A DNA stretch of 63,941 nucleotides, counting the filler, from Octopus bimaculoides (lineage: Eukaryota): NCBI RefSeq assembly GCF_001194135.2. It is 8 parts of 8 records of this genome, joined end to end, with 100 filler letters (N's around TTAATTAATTAA, not from the genome) between each part and the next. Parts side by side here need not be neighbours in the genome. Positions count along the whole stretch, not along the records: positions 19,168 to 35,064 come from NC_068986.1; positions 35,165 to 46,020 come from NC_068996.1; 6 more parts are not named here. One strand, written 5' to 3'. Positions within the stretch are counted from its first letter, which is position 1, and every line of letters starts with the position of its first letter. Shown here piece by piece: positions 23,271 through 37,289 of this stretch. The translations under genes were made by a program, and so were the position numbers. The notes beneath the pieces are model-generated. The model saw only the letters and a program-made list of their open reading frames with translations. It made no database searches and was not told the DNA's origin.

Positions 23271-25039
23271 ATATATATATATACAATACCGAGCAACTAA
23301 TTCACGAGAAGATATTTGCGAAGATAGGTAAGGAAAGTGAGGCTATAAAGCAAGACCGGAAACCGGTCCACGTGAGTCCAAATACTTGAATAGATGCTGA
23401 GAGATTGTCTTGGCCCGTTTGGCTTCGGACGGTTGATTTCTGTAGTTATTATCAGTGTATTTATATATATAAGATAAGAGGAATAGAGAGATAATTAATA
23501 AAATTTAAAATTATTTGAAATTTGAATCTCGTAAGAGGTAGTTTAAGATATACCAAATAGGTGTTCGATTCCTGCATGTTGAATAAACGGCTGCAAACCA
23601 TTAACTGATCAAATTTATGCATAAAGAATAACATAGTATAAAACATGGTATGGACCTTAGAAAGGGGACTAATGTAATGTATATTGGAGTTGTAAAGTAA
23701 GAATAGATCAATATATTCTTCTAGGGTGTTTAGTAAAAGAAAAACTCAAGTAGATATATTGGTATAAATGCCATATATTGCGATAGTATGTCTATCCATA
23801 TTAAAGCAATAGAAAATTAGTATGTAGAGTTTAATTAGTTATTATTAATATTGCAAGAAATCAGAGCTAAAATTTGTGGGGCGGTTTTTTCCCCTGCTTC
23901 CTGCGACTATAAATGTTTTTAGCTCTTATTTCTAGCAATGTAGGCGCTACTCTGCACTCTCATTCACAGTTAGAAACAAGTGAGCTTTTACGTTTTGCTC
24001 TTATATTGCTTATAGTCGTGTTCGTTATTTTATAATTTTCACATCACCATATTCCTGAATCAGCGATTCAGGAATTCTGGTANNNNNNNNNNNNNNNNNN
24101 NNNNNNNNNNNNNNNNNNNNNNNNNNNNNNNNNNNNNNNNNNNNNNNNNNNNNNNNNNNNNNNNNNNNNNNNNNNNNNNNNNCGTGTGTGTATTCTTGAA
24201 ATTTACAGACAAGACACGAAGACAGATATATGTATGTATGTATATATATATGTATATAATTTTATATATATATCTTATTTGTTTTTTTCTGATGCTCATT
24301 CACTTCTGTTTCAGATTTTAATTTCAACATAGTTTTCTTAAAGTCTTGTTTTAAAAAAAGGGCTTTTGTCTTTTTTTTATCTTTCGCTGTTCTTATGTGC
24401 CTATTTTTGTGTGTATACAATGATTTATATTATTCGGTTTTCAATTCAATTTCGACTCACCTTTAATGTTAATTTATTTATTTGTTTTCTTTTCCGTTAC
24501 GGTCAATCGTTTTTACCTCCAACACATTCTTGTTATTTTGGAAAACTAATAATGCCCTGACCAATCAGCTTGAAATGTTTATTCCACGAGTTGGTAAAAG
24601 AAATTATCACTGCACCGTTTCTAAACATTTGTTAACCATAGTATTGTTTAAAATATTCATGACTATCTGTGATGTGTCTCAGTATATCTGGGTTTCTATG
24701 TTCACGTTTGTGTATGTGTTTGTTTGTGCCTATTGGTGTGTGTGTGTGCGTGTGTGGTCTAAAATGCACCTAGAGTTTCATCCGTTTAACTTGCTGCCTT
24801 AATTAAATATTTGTCCTTTTGCTTAAGAACCTTGTTTTATTACCAGTCTGACGATTTCACTTCAAACATGAAATACCTTACACATGAGTACTTGAATTGT
24901 TGATGTCTAATTTACACATCGGATGAATCGATTCTAAACTGATTCTTTGTTCATTATAGGAAGAGGACTATATGTGGGAAATAAAATAGATTATTTATAA
25001 TTTCTGCTTCTAAATGCGAAGGGTTAATCAAATTGTTTC

Positions 25040-25220
25040 TGATACAGGCATAAGTCCAGAAATGTGTGAGTGAATGTAAGTAGATCGATACAAACTCAAA
25101 TTTCTGGTCAGTACTTCGTTTTATCGAACCCGGTGTGATAAAAAGCAAATTAGACCTCGGTGACATTTGAGCTTAGAATATAAAGCACTGGAATTAGTAC
25201 TGCAAGGTATTGGGATCGTA
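25040..25220 (-). mobile_element. SINE family A, diverged
   Basis: ttttatcgaacccgg...gcaaattagacctcggtgacatttgagc. Confidence 0.6.
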
Positions 25221-25756
25221 GTCCTAACGAATCGGCTAACCTCACCACCACCACCACCACCACCACTATTAAAGGTCAGTGTAATGATTCCAGTTTGACC
25301 CATGGTGATAATTGTGGGTGACGGCTGGTTGAACACTGACACACTAGTTATGTGATAGCTTTACGCAGAAAATGGTTAAATTATAAGCAAGACTGTAATA
25401 ACCTTGATTCGTCTGGTATAAATTAGGATGCTTCTTAATCATTACCTCCCATAATTCTATTAACTGGAATTTCTTCTATGAAACTTTGATTTCTAGCATA
25501 AAACAGCCTTAGAAACACGCTGGAATGATCAAAATAACATTTTAAAATAACATTTCAAAATAACATTTCAAAAATAACATTTTAAATAGAAATAAACGAG
25601 ATATTGGGTGAAAAGTTCGCAAACCTCATTTGAATATCAGAGAAATATACCTAGTAGATATAGCAAAAAGGTTAGATATGTGTAAATATTGACAGATAAT
25701 TTTGAAATTTTTAATTTTTAAGTGTTCTCATATGAGATCACTGGTAGGTAATGAGT

Positions 25757-25985
25757 TAAAGCGGCGTGCCGGTAGAATCGTTAGCACACCGGGCAAAACG
25801 CTCAGCAGTATTTAGTCCGCCCTTACATTCCGAGTTCAACTTCCACTGAGATTTGATTTTGCTCTTCATCCTTTTGGGGGTCAGTAAGATAAGTACCTGT
25901 TAATAAGCACAGCCCTTGGGTCGATGTAATCGACTTGGCACCTATCCTGAAACCTCTTGTCTTGAGCCAAAATTTGAAACCGTCA
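25757..25985 (+). mobile_element. SINE family A
   Basis: aagcggcgtgccggtagaatcgttagcacaccgggc...gagttcaacttcc. Confidence 0.75.
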
Positions 25986-26639
25986 TTATAATCATAATGG
26001 ATATTGTGGCTGTTAGAATCTTAGCGATATTTGTTTCCTGCTCTTTACGTTGTGAATTCAAACCCGTTGTGGTCAATTTTGCCTTTTATCATTTCGGAGC
26101 TGGTAAAATAAAAATAAAATTTTTTTGAACACTCACAGTACCCTACACGATTGTTTAAAATCTATGGAACTCATACCTGGATGTCTTACAGACAACCCTT
26201 GCTATTTTATTAAAATGAAACATTAAACGAAATTAGCTTCAGATGAAGAATGAAAAATACTTATGGCAACATTATTTTTAAAATTGTGAATACCATTTTT
26301 ACATAATAAAGTTTCATTAAATTTTATTAAACCCCAGAATTTTTTTCACCAAACTCTGGCATTGCTCGGAACTCAGCAAAATAAGTATTAGTTAATTACT
26401 AGGGTCTTATTAATTGACTGTCCTCTCCATCAAAATTCCTGGTTATACGCCAATGTTAGAAATCATAATATATTTTAGCGCTGGCATTTCCTTTCAGCTT
26501 TTGTGTGTGCGTGTGTATGGAGTACAGAGCTAAAACTCAATCTTAGATATTGGCTCTGTTCCAACAACACATACATATTCAATTACAACTACTAATGTTG
26601 GGTTCTAAACCTTATATGCATAATTTATTGTATTCGGCG

Positions 26640-28505
26640 CTAAATCAACACTTTTTAGTAGTCTCACTGACACTTAACTTGTACTTTTGGGAGGAGTTTT
26701 GTTCTAATTTTTATTCCCATTTCGGTTACCCATTTGTCTAGTCTTAAACAAAGAGGTTATATCACTATCTGTATTACATTTATATTCTTTAGTCTCCATA
26801 TATTTGTGATCTCTCATTTGTTATTTCACGTTTTGTTGTTCTTTGATCCCATTCTAGTCTCCATAGATATTGCAATACCAATCATTTCCTATTCTTTTAT
26901 TATTTGTTCATTACAAGAATATTAGTTTTTCTACTTTCTGTCTTATATTGTCATTGGATTAAGAAATCCCAAAAGATTTTAATGTCTTTAGAGTCAGATA
27001 TACTGGGAAGTTGATGTTCATACTATTTATCTGTCCTTTTCAATTTATTCTTCCCAAGTCATAATTCTCTGTAGACAATCTCTATAATATCATTGTGTCT
27101 GATATTGCTTCTAAGTTATTTTACTTACCAAACCTGCTGCACTTCCTCCAGTTGTGCTACAGTTTTTGTCACAGTATTTGCCATACTGTCAAAATGTAAG
27201 TCAAATATTTTATACTAGTTATTCAGCGCCAAACAACATCATATGTCTACCATTTTATATTTCTCGTCAAATCCCCTGTTTATTTCGGGTGTCATATATA
27301 TATACATCTTGTGTTTTTCCCCTAGATTGAGCAGTCTAATGTGATTTATTGGTCTTACGGTTTATATAGTTTCATTAAACATATTTCCGTGAGACTGTGG
27401 TTAGAGAAAAAAACCTCCCCGTCTGTTGTCAAATCCTATATTTTAATATTTTTTCGTTATATATATATTGTTTGATCTACCCTACCCAATCTGGTCGACC
27501 ATTGGCTACATAGGAACTTTTCATGATAGGTTTTAACCTGATATATTATAGAACTACTTGGTCAGATAAATTTTTCAGTTTTAAGAATTCCAACTTTCCC
27601 AGTCTTTTCCATCACTGGTTTTACATTATTCATCATGTATTTGTATCTGAGTAGAATTTCCGATCAAAGCATTGAACTACTTTTCCAATCATTTTTCATC
27701 AGTTTCTGATACTATCTCTCGGCGGTTGTAGCTCCCGAGAGATGTTTCACCGCTAATTATTATTTTTTTCATTTTTTTTTCTTTTTGTAACAGTCATTGG
27801 GATTTGAACTCAAAATGCAGAGTCGAAACAAACATTCCAAGAGACCCTGTCCAATGCTCAAGCAATTCCACACTGAGATTTGATCTCAGAAGGCAGAACG
27901 ACGGAACATATAAAACAAGGCTGTTCATCGACACTCCGGTGACTTTACCATTTCACTCCTACTTCGATATGTACCCTGCCACAGTATTTTCATCTCAACT
28001 AATTAATCATCTCGTTCTTTAAAAAAAAGGGCATATAAATCTTACTAACACTACTTTAGGGAATGGAATATTCCATAATTCCTTATATACTCATAGCTTT
28101 TAAGTTTTCGGATCTAAAACACCCTTCTAGGATTTCTTCTTTTACTTCAAAAGAAATATGGACCATGTATTAATACTAAGATTCTTATTTTTATCATTTA
28201 TCTTAGATTTAATCATTATTTTTAATCTAAAATACTTCTTTGTGAACATTCATGTCAGTTTCTTTAGTATTTCTATACAATTTTCTACATCTACCTAAAT
28301 ACCGAGTATTTGTAACACTTTAAATGTACTTGTTTTATGATTTCATTCACTGATAATTCTATTCCATTACTTTTAACTCTTTCTTTCTACGGGGATTCTT
28401 TAATGCTGATATTATTTCCAAAGTGTAATACTCCTCACTTTCTGTCACACATATATATTGCGCTTTTCCCAAGACTGAGCAGTCTGGCTTGATTTATTGG
28501 TCTTA
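26640..28505 (-). mobile_element. Old R4/Dong-like LINE fragments
   Basis: Minus-strand remnants SKDIKIFWDF, a degenerate PDIV/IDIAIP RLE region and a YK.LGI..KSK.N..N..SINTW thumb region. Confidence 0.5.
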
Positions 28506-28507
28506 CG

Positions 28508-28715
28508 AAGGCGGCGAGCAGGCAGAAACGTCAGCACGCCGGGCGAAATGCTTAGCAGTATTTCGTCTGCCGTTACGCATTACGTTCTGAGTTCAAATTC
28601 CGCCGAGGTCGACTTTGCCTTTCATCCTTTCGGGGTCGATAAATTAAGTACCAATTACGCACTGGGGTCGATGTAATCGACTTGATCCCTCTGTCTCTCC
28701 TTGTTTGCCATTTCT
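28508..28715 (+). mobile_element. SINE family A (young, variant tail)
   Basis: aaggcggcgagcaggcagaaacgtcagc...gagttcaaattccgccgaggtcgactttgcc. Confidence 0.85.
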
Positions 28716-28741
28716 GCACCTATGTATGTCTATTTCTGTAG

Positions 28742-29062
28742 CGAAGGCATGTGGATTAGTGGTCAGTATATTGGTTCCCGATTAAAGTGAATGAGTTTGA
28801 TTCCCGACGGCGCATTGTGTCCTTGGGCAAGACTTTTTATTTCACGTTGCTCCAGTTTACTCAGCTGGCGAAAATGAGCGATACATGTAATTGAAAAGGG
28901 CCAGCTTTGCCACATTCTGTGTCCGGCTGAATCTCTCTGAGAACTACTTTAAAGGTACACGTGTCTGTGGAGTACTCAATCCTTTGCACGTTAATTTCAT
29001 GAGCAGGGTGTTCCTTTGATCGGATTAAATGGAACCCTCGTCGTTGTAACCGACAGAGTACC
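28742..29062 (+). mobile_element. SINE family B, full length
   Basis: Reverse complement of 17893-18215 along its length. Confidence 0.8.
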
Positions 29063-29309
29063 ACTAGTATATCTATTTTCTGTCCTTCGTTTGTACTTTA
29101 TTGTTGTTCTCATTTGCAGAGTTGGTTTCTTTTCAAAATTTGCTTCTTTGGGTTTAGACATTCCTATATGAGAAATTGTAAGGTAATTAATCTCTTCCAT
29201 AATCATTGTTCGTATTACAGAGATTAGTTGATTTCTCCTGGTAATACTAGCGTTCAAAATAATTTCTAGTACATTTGTTTTATAGCTGTTGATATTTTAT
29301 TAAGTCAAG

Positions 29310-29515
29310 CAACAAGCTGGAAGATTCGTTAGCACGCCGGATAAAGAAAGCTTAGCGGCATTTTATCCATCTTAACGTTGTGTTCAAATTCCGCCGTGGT
29401 CAAATTTATCTTTCGTTCTTTCGGGATTGATAAAATAAGTACCAGTTGACACTGAGGTCAATATAATCAACTTAGCCCCTTCCCAAAAAATACTGGCCTT
29501 GTGCCGATATTTCAT
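29310..29515 (+). mobile_element. SINE family A
   Basis: Family match. Confidence 0.75.
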
Positions 29516-30007
29516 CATTAAGTTTTACCTTTTGAAAGAATGTCATCGATTCCTAGGAAGATTTACTATCAATTATGATTTAATAAACTTTTCTACCTTT
29601 AGATTATTGTCATATTTAAAACTTCCTGCTTTAAAACTTTCTCTCTCGAACAGCTTTGTTATATAGCTGTTTATACATATTTCTCTTTTTGTAGTTCCGG
29701 TTACGTTTTTTCTTTTTTATTGGTCGATAACTTGTAGGTGTGTTGGCGGTTTTGTTTTGTCGCTTTATATGATTTTGTTTTACATGTTGCGTACTGTCTT
29801 CCTGATTAATGCTTTTAATGTTACTTCTAGTTTTAATGGTTTTATTCGCGTTCTTTGTAGTTTTGTTTCCTTGTTATTTATTCTATGTTCATTTTTTTTT
29901 TTTTTGCATATTTATTACATATTCTTTCTTTTAATTGTTCTATTTCTGCCTCTTAAGCACTTGATTTTAGGTTCTTTTTTGTTTGTTTCTGTTGTGTCTG
30001 GAGAGAG

Positions 30008-30180
30008 TTATTGATTGGTTGAAATTACCGAAATACGACTGCAAACTTTTCTCAACAGCACTAAGAGTAAAAGATGTTTTATATGACATATTTTACCAGT
30101 GTCCGAAGTTTGGAAATGTTTAGTTACAAAAAACTAAGTTCTCGATGTGCCGTTCAAAGGGTAAAGATCCGTGGTCATCG
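30008..30180 (+). mobile_element. Fragment of the dispersed element also present at 59280-59460
   Basis: Shared ttgattggttgaaattaccgaaatacgac...tgttttatatgaca...accagtgtcc. Confidence 0.7.
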
Positions 30181-30429
30181 AAGAAATATTATTATAGATA
30201 GTTTTGTTGATTGACAACACACTTCTGCAAAATAATGTTTCTGATGTGATTTCAATTCACGTTTTATCTGTTACAGTTTATTCGCTTTTTGTACCGTTTA
30301 CCTTAAGGCGGTTGCTATATGCTTATATTTCTTTGAGAGATCATAGAAGCAAAACTGAAAACGTAGTCTTCGGCCACGTCACAATAAAAGCTAATATATT
30401 TTATTATTTATATCTAGCGTTAGCATGAC

Positions 30430-30625
30430 GGATTGGCACAGCTTTCAGAGCGTCGGACAATATGCCTCGTATTTGTTTCGGGTTTATAGTAAGTTCAAAT
30501 ACCAGCAATGTTCTATTTGCCTTTAATCCTGACAGGGTCGGTAAAATAAAGTACCAATCAAGTATGATGATATTGACTAGCCCCTCCCTACTAAATTTCT
30601 GATCTTGTACCTATGTTAGAAACAA
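30430..30625 (+). mobile_element. SINE family A, diverged
   Basis: agttcaaatacc...tttgcctttaatcc...aaagtacc...ccctccc. Confidence 0.6.
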
Positions 30626-31336
30626 TTATCACGACTACTACAATCACTACTAAATTTGCTTCCACTACAGCTAATACTTCTACTAATACTACCGCTATTT
30701 CTACTCACTATCGCCATCTTACTACAAATACTGGTGTCTCTGCGGTTATTGCCATATTTTGAAAAGATTGCCATTCAGAGGAAAAGTATGTGACCACCCT
30801 TGTCGATGAACAGGAACGAATCGATTATTAAACAACAGTTCGGCCCAACAGCTTCAACAGTAGCATTATAGTATTAGCTGCTCTCTAGAATTATTCTAAA
30901 TAGCGGTGGGTAAACGTTGTCACCTCATTAATTCATCTGCCGAGACACGCTTGGTTGATGTCAAACTTCAGCTCCTATCACAATTATTTTAATCTTCCTC
31001 CACAACCTTGTTATAGAAAAAACAACCACAATGATAAATGACCATTACTCCCCACAGATCAACGAGAATAGGGAATAGCTCACCATTGGATTAAAAGAGG
31101 GAATATCTTTTGTGCTTGTCGCTCACTTGACAAAAAAAGAAAACATTCTTCTGTCGATTTGTATACAGGGCACAAGTGTGGTCAGTCTACAAAAGCACAT
31201 TGTTCTAAACAACACGAGTACTTTGAGTTCTGGATCTCTGCCATGGTACTTTACGCATGAAGAAACCAGCGGCAAAAGCAATTCAAAATGAAATACTTGC
31301 ACTCTACATTTATGTATGTATGTATGCGTGCGTGTG

Positions 31337-31374
<38 letters not shown>

Positions 31375-31904
31375 CGTGTGTGTATGTATGTATGTATATA
31401 TATGCATGTACATGTGTGTATGTGTGTATATGTACATATATGTGTATGTATATGTATGTACATGTGTATGTATACATATGTACGTGTGTGTATGCATATA
31501 TGAATGTACTTGTGTGTGTTTGTATATATATATTTATACACTCACACACATATGAACGTATGTGTGTGCGTGCATGCAGATGTATTCATTTGTGTATGTA
31601 TAATTGCCTGAACACAGTAGCTTACTGTATCTTCGTTTATTACCTTGATTATATTAGGATGTACACATGAATGAAGGTGGAGACCCATTAGAAGAAAGGG
31701 TGTGTAGCTGTCGTTCTAATAATCACTGGGTGGCCAGAGCTATTAAAATAAGCTAAGCTTTACGAACCTCTTATACATAATTCATACAAAAATACGTATA
31801 AACATACACATGTATAATTATCTGTGTGCACACACACAGCGAGACAGATAAAATTAATTGATTTATCATTGTTCATTAAATCTATATATATATTTCAGTG
31901 TGTG

Positions 31905-31963
<59 letters not shown>

Positions 31964-32034
31964 AAATATATATATATATATGTGTGCGTAAATATATATA
32001 TATATATGTGTGTAAATATATATATATGTGTGTG

Positions 32035-32121
32035 TGTGTCTTCTAAAGCTATGGCCCGACCAAAGCCTTGTGGGTGAATTTGGAACACGGAAACTGAAAG
32101 AAGCCCGTCGTGTGTATCTAG

Positions 32122-32155
<34 letters not shown>

Positions 32156-32375
32156 ATGTGTCTATTTGTCCGCCGCCACCGCTTGACAACTGGTGTTGGT
32201 GTGTTTACGTTCCTGTAACTTAGCGGTTCCAAGAAAGAAACCCATAGAATAAGTACCTGGCTTACCAATAAATAAATGAATAGATAAATAAAAATAAGTA
32301 CTGGGGTCAATTCATTCGACTGAAATATCTTCAAGGCGGTGCTCCAGCTTGGCTGCTGTCTAATGACGGAAGCAA
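32035..32375 (+). mobile_element. SINE family C, 5'-truncated
   Basis: gtcttctaaagctatggcccgaccaaagccttg...ggaaactgaaagaagcccgtcg, (GT)n, then tail. Confidence 0.8.
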
Positions 32376-32539
32376 GTAAAAGATAAAAAATGGTGTGCGT
32401 TTCTCCATGATTGCTACATGAAACAAGATAGATAAAAAAAAATTGACTACTGTAGAATTTTAACCAGTACCAGAACAAATGATGCTCGGCATTCTAACCG
32501 TTACTCTAACGACCTTACTAATTCATGACCCCCTTTATA

Positions 32540-32680
32540 ATATCCTTCCCACAAGACCTGAAATTTTGGGCGATGTTGATGTCAATTACGTCATCCGTAG
32601 TGCCCAATCGGTACCTATTTTATCGACTCTGAAAGGATGAAAAGTAAAGCCAACCTTGGTGGAATTTGAACTCAAAACAT
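32540..32680 (-). mobile_element. SINE family A, truncated
   Basis: cacaagacctgaaattttggg...ggaatttgaactcaaaac. Confidence 0.7.
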
Positions 32681-32711
32681 GTGGATCCTCTTACCAAAAA
32701 GCCATAATATT

Positions 32712-32922
32712 AAGGCGGCGAGCTGGCAGAAACGTTAGTGCTGGGCGAAATGCTTAGCAGTATTTCGACTGCCGTTACGTCCTGAGTTCAAATTCCGCCG
32801 AGATCGACTTTGCCTTTCATCCTTTCGAAGTCAATAAATTAAGTACCGGTTGTGTACTGGAGTCGATCTAATTGACTAGCCCCCTCCCCCAAAATTTCGG
32901 ACCTTGTGCCTTGAGTAGAAAA
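32712..32922 (+). mobile_element. SINE family A, full length, 16-bp TSD
   Basis: aaaaagccataatatt at 32696-32711 and 32923-32938. Confidence 0.9.
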
Positions 32923-33229
32923 AAAAAGCCATAATATTCTGTAATTAACTTTGGGATTATTGAATTCATTAACGTTTACACGAAATGTATACTAATTTTG
33001 TTGGTGCTACGACGATGCCTCCACATACTTAGTACCGCTTATTTTTTTCTAATTTCAGTTATTATTCTGCGGCCATGCTACAGTAACACCTTGAAGATTT
33101 TAGTCGAATAAATCGGCTCCAGTATTTTTATTTTTCTAATGTCTCGTTGATCTTCTGTTAAGTTAGAAGAACCGAAAGAAACCAAAACCGGTTCTTTTAC
33201 TTTTTTTTTTTTTTGTCTCACTCATTTTT

Positions 33230-33800
33230 GACGGCAGCTTTGCTGGAGCACCGCATTAAATGTTTTTTTTTTCTTTTAGTCCAAACAATCGAACCCTGGA
33301 CGTATTCTTTGCAAGTCTAGCACTTATTCTATCGTTGACTTTTGCTGAAACGCTAAGTTACGGGGGACGTAAGCACGCCAGCATCGGTTGTCAAGAGATG
33401 GTGGGGGAACAAACGCAGACACACAAATATATACACACCCACAAAACACACATACACACATATATATATAGAGAGAGACTTCTTTCAGTTTCTGTCTATC
33501 AAATCGGCCTGAGGTTATAGTAGAAGACACTAGCCTAAGGTTCCACGCAGTGAGACTCAACCAGGAACCATGTGGTTGAGAAGCAAGCATTTTACCACAA
33601 CTACTCCTGTGCATTATATATATNNNNNNNNNNTAACGGGCTTCTTTCACTCTCTGTATACCAAATTCACTCTCACAGGTATCGGTTGTCCCGGGTTTTA
33701 GTGGAAGACACTTAAGGTGTCGCGCAGTGCGGGACTGAACCCGACATCACGTGGTTGCAAAGGACGCTTCTTAATCACAGAGCCATTCCCATGCCTATAG
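33230..33800 (-). mobile_element. Two SINE family C copies in tandem
   Basis: Heads end near 33610 and 33797; family motifs gaagacact...cgcagtg...aacc. Confidence 0.7.
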
Positions 33801-33839
33801 AATAAATTACCTTTTTTTTCTTCTTATATTACTTTTAAG

Positions 33840-34020
33840 AGACCAGACGTATGACTTAGGTGGGTAAAGAAACTGTCGGTTCTATCGACCAGGCAGTACT
33901 CAGCGGGTAATTTATTTCTGTCATACCCAGAAATGTAAAAAAACAAATTCGATCCCATCAGTATTTGAACTCGCCTCGCAAATTCACAAAACATTTTCGT
34001 GTGCTTTAACCATGTAGCCA
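33840..34020 (-). mobile_element. SINE family A, diverged
   Basis: tcgaccaggcagtactcagcggg...gtatttgaactc. Confidence 0.5.
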
Positions 34021-34989
34021 ATCTATACCAGCCTCTTCCTACTGCTAGATTCCAATAATTAATGTTTGTGATGTTTTGTTGTGTAATTAACTTTTGGATT
34101 AATTAATCCGTTGTGACGTCCTCTACCAAAAGATATGCGAGCCTTCTTAAAAATCAATAATCAATATCGGTATAGGATTATTTAATCAATACTATGAAAA
34201 CTGTTTGTTGTTTGTTTTTGTTTGTTTTTTGTTTGTTTGTGTTTTATTTTTTAATCCTTAATATTTGTGGAGTGTCTCGTTTGATCTACATATATTTTTA
34301 TGAAATGCAATAATTCTAAACAAACATATCTACGATAGTATTTAAAAGAATTATATTGATAGACTGCCTAATAATTAGTGATAATTAGCACAGCTTGTTG
34401 ATTTTTAGTTTTGGTACATTATGTATTAAGTATAGTATGTGTTGGGGTGGGGGGTTGACTTATAATGTTAAGATCATGATTTAGATTTTCAAGCCGAAAG
34501 GAACGGTATATTCTTCATTAAAACAGGTCATTGCTAGAGGTACGCAGATGCGCACATTTGAGCATTTCTTTCAAATTCAGTAGGGAAGAGAACTTACTTC
34601 TTCTGTACTCAGATTAAGTATTTATTATGATAACTATTGCAGTACTTGACTACGTTCAGGTATTTACAACGCTCGAACGGCTAAAGTTTCCCTGTAAATA
34701 CAGTGAACAAATAACACATACTTGCGAAAATATTATGTGAGTGGAGCAGTAAAGATATACAAGACTTTTCTAAATTTCAACGTGTAACTGTCATCGTTTT
34801 TTTGTCACATGACATCAGTGATGGATACTTGTGCTTCCTTTAGCCAACTTTTGCTTCACGAAAGCAACTCTTTTTTTTTTTTTTTTCATAAAATAATTTT
34901 TAAAAGAATGACTACACACACACACGGAGAATAGTAATTCTCTCATTTAATTCTTCTCATGTAATTCTTTCATATAGTTGTTGTTGTTG

Positions 34990-35064
34990 ACACTCCGTCG
35001 CTTACGACGTCGAGGGTTCCAGTTGATCCGATCAACGGAACAGCCTGCTCGTGAAATTAACGTG
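34990..35064 (-). mobile_element. SINE family B 3' end with (CAA)n tail
   Basis: gttgttgttgttgacactccgtcgcttacgacgtcgagggttccagttgatccg; cut off by a gap. Confidence 0.8.
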
Positions 35065-35229
35065 NNNNNNNNNNNNNNNNNNNNNNNNNNNNNNNNNNNN
35101 NNNNNNNNTTAATTAATTAANNNNNNNNNNNNNNNNNNNNNNNNNNNNNNNNNNNNNNNNNNNNATATATATATATATATATATATATACATACATACAT
35201 ACAATTCATACACACATGCATACATACAT

Positions 35230-35520
35230 ACATACATATACCTATATATATAAAGATGAGAACGTGTGTGTGTGTGTCTGTCTGTGCGTGTCTGTCAGTG
35301 CGTGTCTGTCTGTGCGTGTCTGTCTGTGTGAATCCCTAAAACTTGAGAACTACACAACAAATTTCCTTCAAATTTTACACATGCCTTACTTAGGGTCCAT
35401 GTTGTGTCATAGGCCCAAAACATTTTTAACTTCTTGCCTACTGCGAGCCCAGAGCAATATCACATCTCCTCCACTATTGCAGTACTACGTGTCAAAAGTG
35501 AAACAATAACATCCCTCTAT
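35230..35520 (+). mobile_element. Non-autonomous Helitron-like (HINE/DINE-type) 5' portion
   Basis: ctatatatataaagatgagaa followed by (GTCT)/(GT) microsatellite and gaactacacaacaaatttccttcaaattttacac, an architecture typical of such elements. Confidence 0.55.
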
Positions 35521-35611
35521 TGTATATGTATAGATGTATGTATATAGATACACATGTATATGTGTACATATATATGTGTAGATGTATATATATATAGATT
35601 GACATGTAATA

Positions 35612-35643
<32 letters not shown>

Positions 35644-35751
35644 CNNNNNNNNNNNNNNNNNNNNNNNNNNNNNNNNNNNNNNNNNNNNNNNNNNNNNNNN
35701 NNNNNNNNNNNNNNNNNNNNNNNNNNNNNNNNNNNNNNNNNNNNAGAAACA

Positions 35752-35783
<32 letters not shown>

Positions 35784-36655
35784 CATCTATCTATATATGT
35801 ATTATATATGCATGAGTATGTATTTGGTTATGGACTCTGGTATGTAACACTATTTTTAACCAGGGTTTGGATTGATTGTTTGATTGATTGGCTGATTGGT
35901 GGAGTGATGGATTGGTTAATTAGTCGTTAGATTAATAAGCTATTGAGGATACTCAAATCTAGAGTTACCTCCCTTCACTCATATTTAGAAAATTTAAAAA
36001 AATGTCTCAAATATAAATATAACAGTAGAAGTAATTAGATATATAAATAGACGAATCACTAATTTTATGAATGACTACCTTAAGAGTTTATTAGTTAAGT
36101 AACTCAACTATATAGGGAATCCTGCTGTCGGACATAATAAATTTTAAACATAATTTGAGGCAATTTGTCGGGTACAATTGCTTTTGATCATATTTTTACC
36201 GATAATAACTACAAATTGAAAATATGTAGGTATAATTTGTATATATGAAGGAGTCTTAGTGAGTAATCGGAGATTGAATTCTATACGTAATCTTAGCGAT
36301 TAACGACGACATACTGGGAAGGTATGTATATACGATCAGTTTTATTGTTTTGTTGTTTTGCCCCTTGTTTTAGTTTGGTCTAACTAACTTCCGGCATGTG
36401 TTTTATATAATCCTCAATGAAGTTAGTAAATATAGTAGTAACTCAATAAGTTAGACTTAAACACAAACTAAAATCATCTCTTATATATTATATTATATTA
36501 AATATTATCCCCGGAATGTCGTATAGGTGTTAATTAGATTTGTAACAACCTATCTCTCATATGTATTATACTTAAATTATATACCCGTAATATATCTCTT
36601 TAATCTTTTATTTCAATATGTACATATGATATGAGCAAGTATGTGTACGTGTGTG

Positions 36656-36723
<68 letters not shown>

Positions 36724-37214
36724 TGTGTGTGTATACGTGTATGTGCGTATATATACATATGAATATTTATATCCGCATATAAACTTTCCGATAATTTGTT
36801 TAGTTTTTGTGTTATTTATATACATTCCATTTATATAGGTATATATATAGGTATGTGAGTATGTATGTGTTGGTGTGTGTATATATATATGTGTCCTTCT
36901 CGTGTATACACAGCTTTTTTCTTACATAGAAAAATGTTAATATATGTTGTCTTTATAAATTGCAATATTACTCCTCGTATAACTTCCTTATAACCTCCTC
37001 ACACCTCTGTTTACAGTTTACCTAATATGTATAATACAATACATCTAATAATTTGCTTTGGGTTTTGCTTGACTAATTCCTTACTTCATGGTATCAGCTT
37101 CGCGTGTATGTGCGTAAGTAGGTGCATATGTGTTCGTGTGCTTGTGTTTGTGTGAGCACCGCATGTCTATGCTTGCACATACGTGAGAACATATCTACAC
37201 ATTGTGCACGTGGA

Positions 37215-37266
<52 letters not shown>

Positions 37267-37289
37267 AATTATATGTATTTATTTTATCC

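Noticed and set aside
24848-24880. CTGACGA...TGAAA
   Set aside because: The GAAA is consumed in the only plausible stem, and there are no stems I or III.
25531-25583. Four copies of a 13-bp unit (aaaataacattt[t/c])
   Set aside because: Ordinary AT-rich minisatellite with no spacers; not CRISPR-like.
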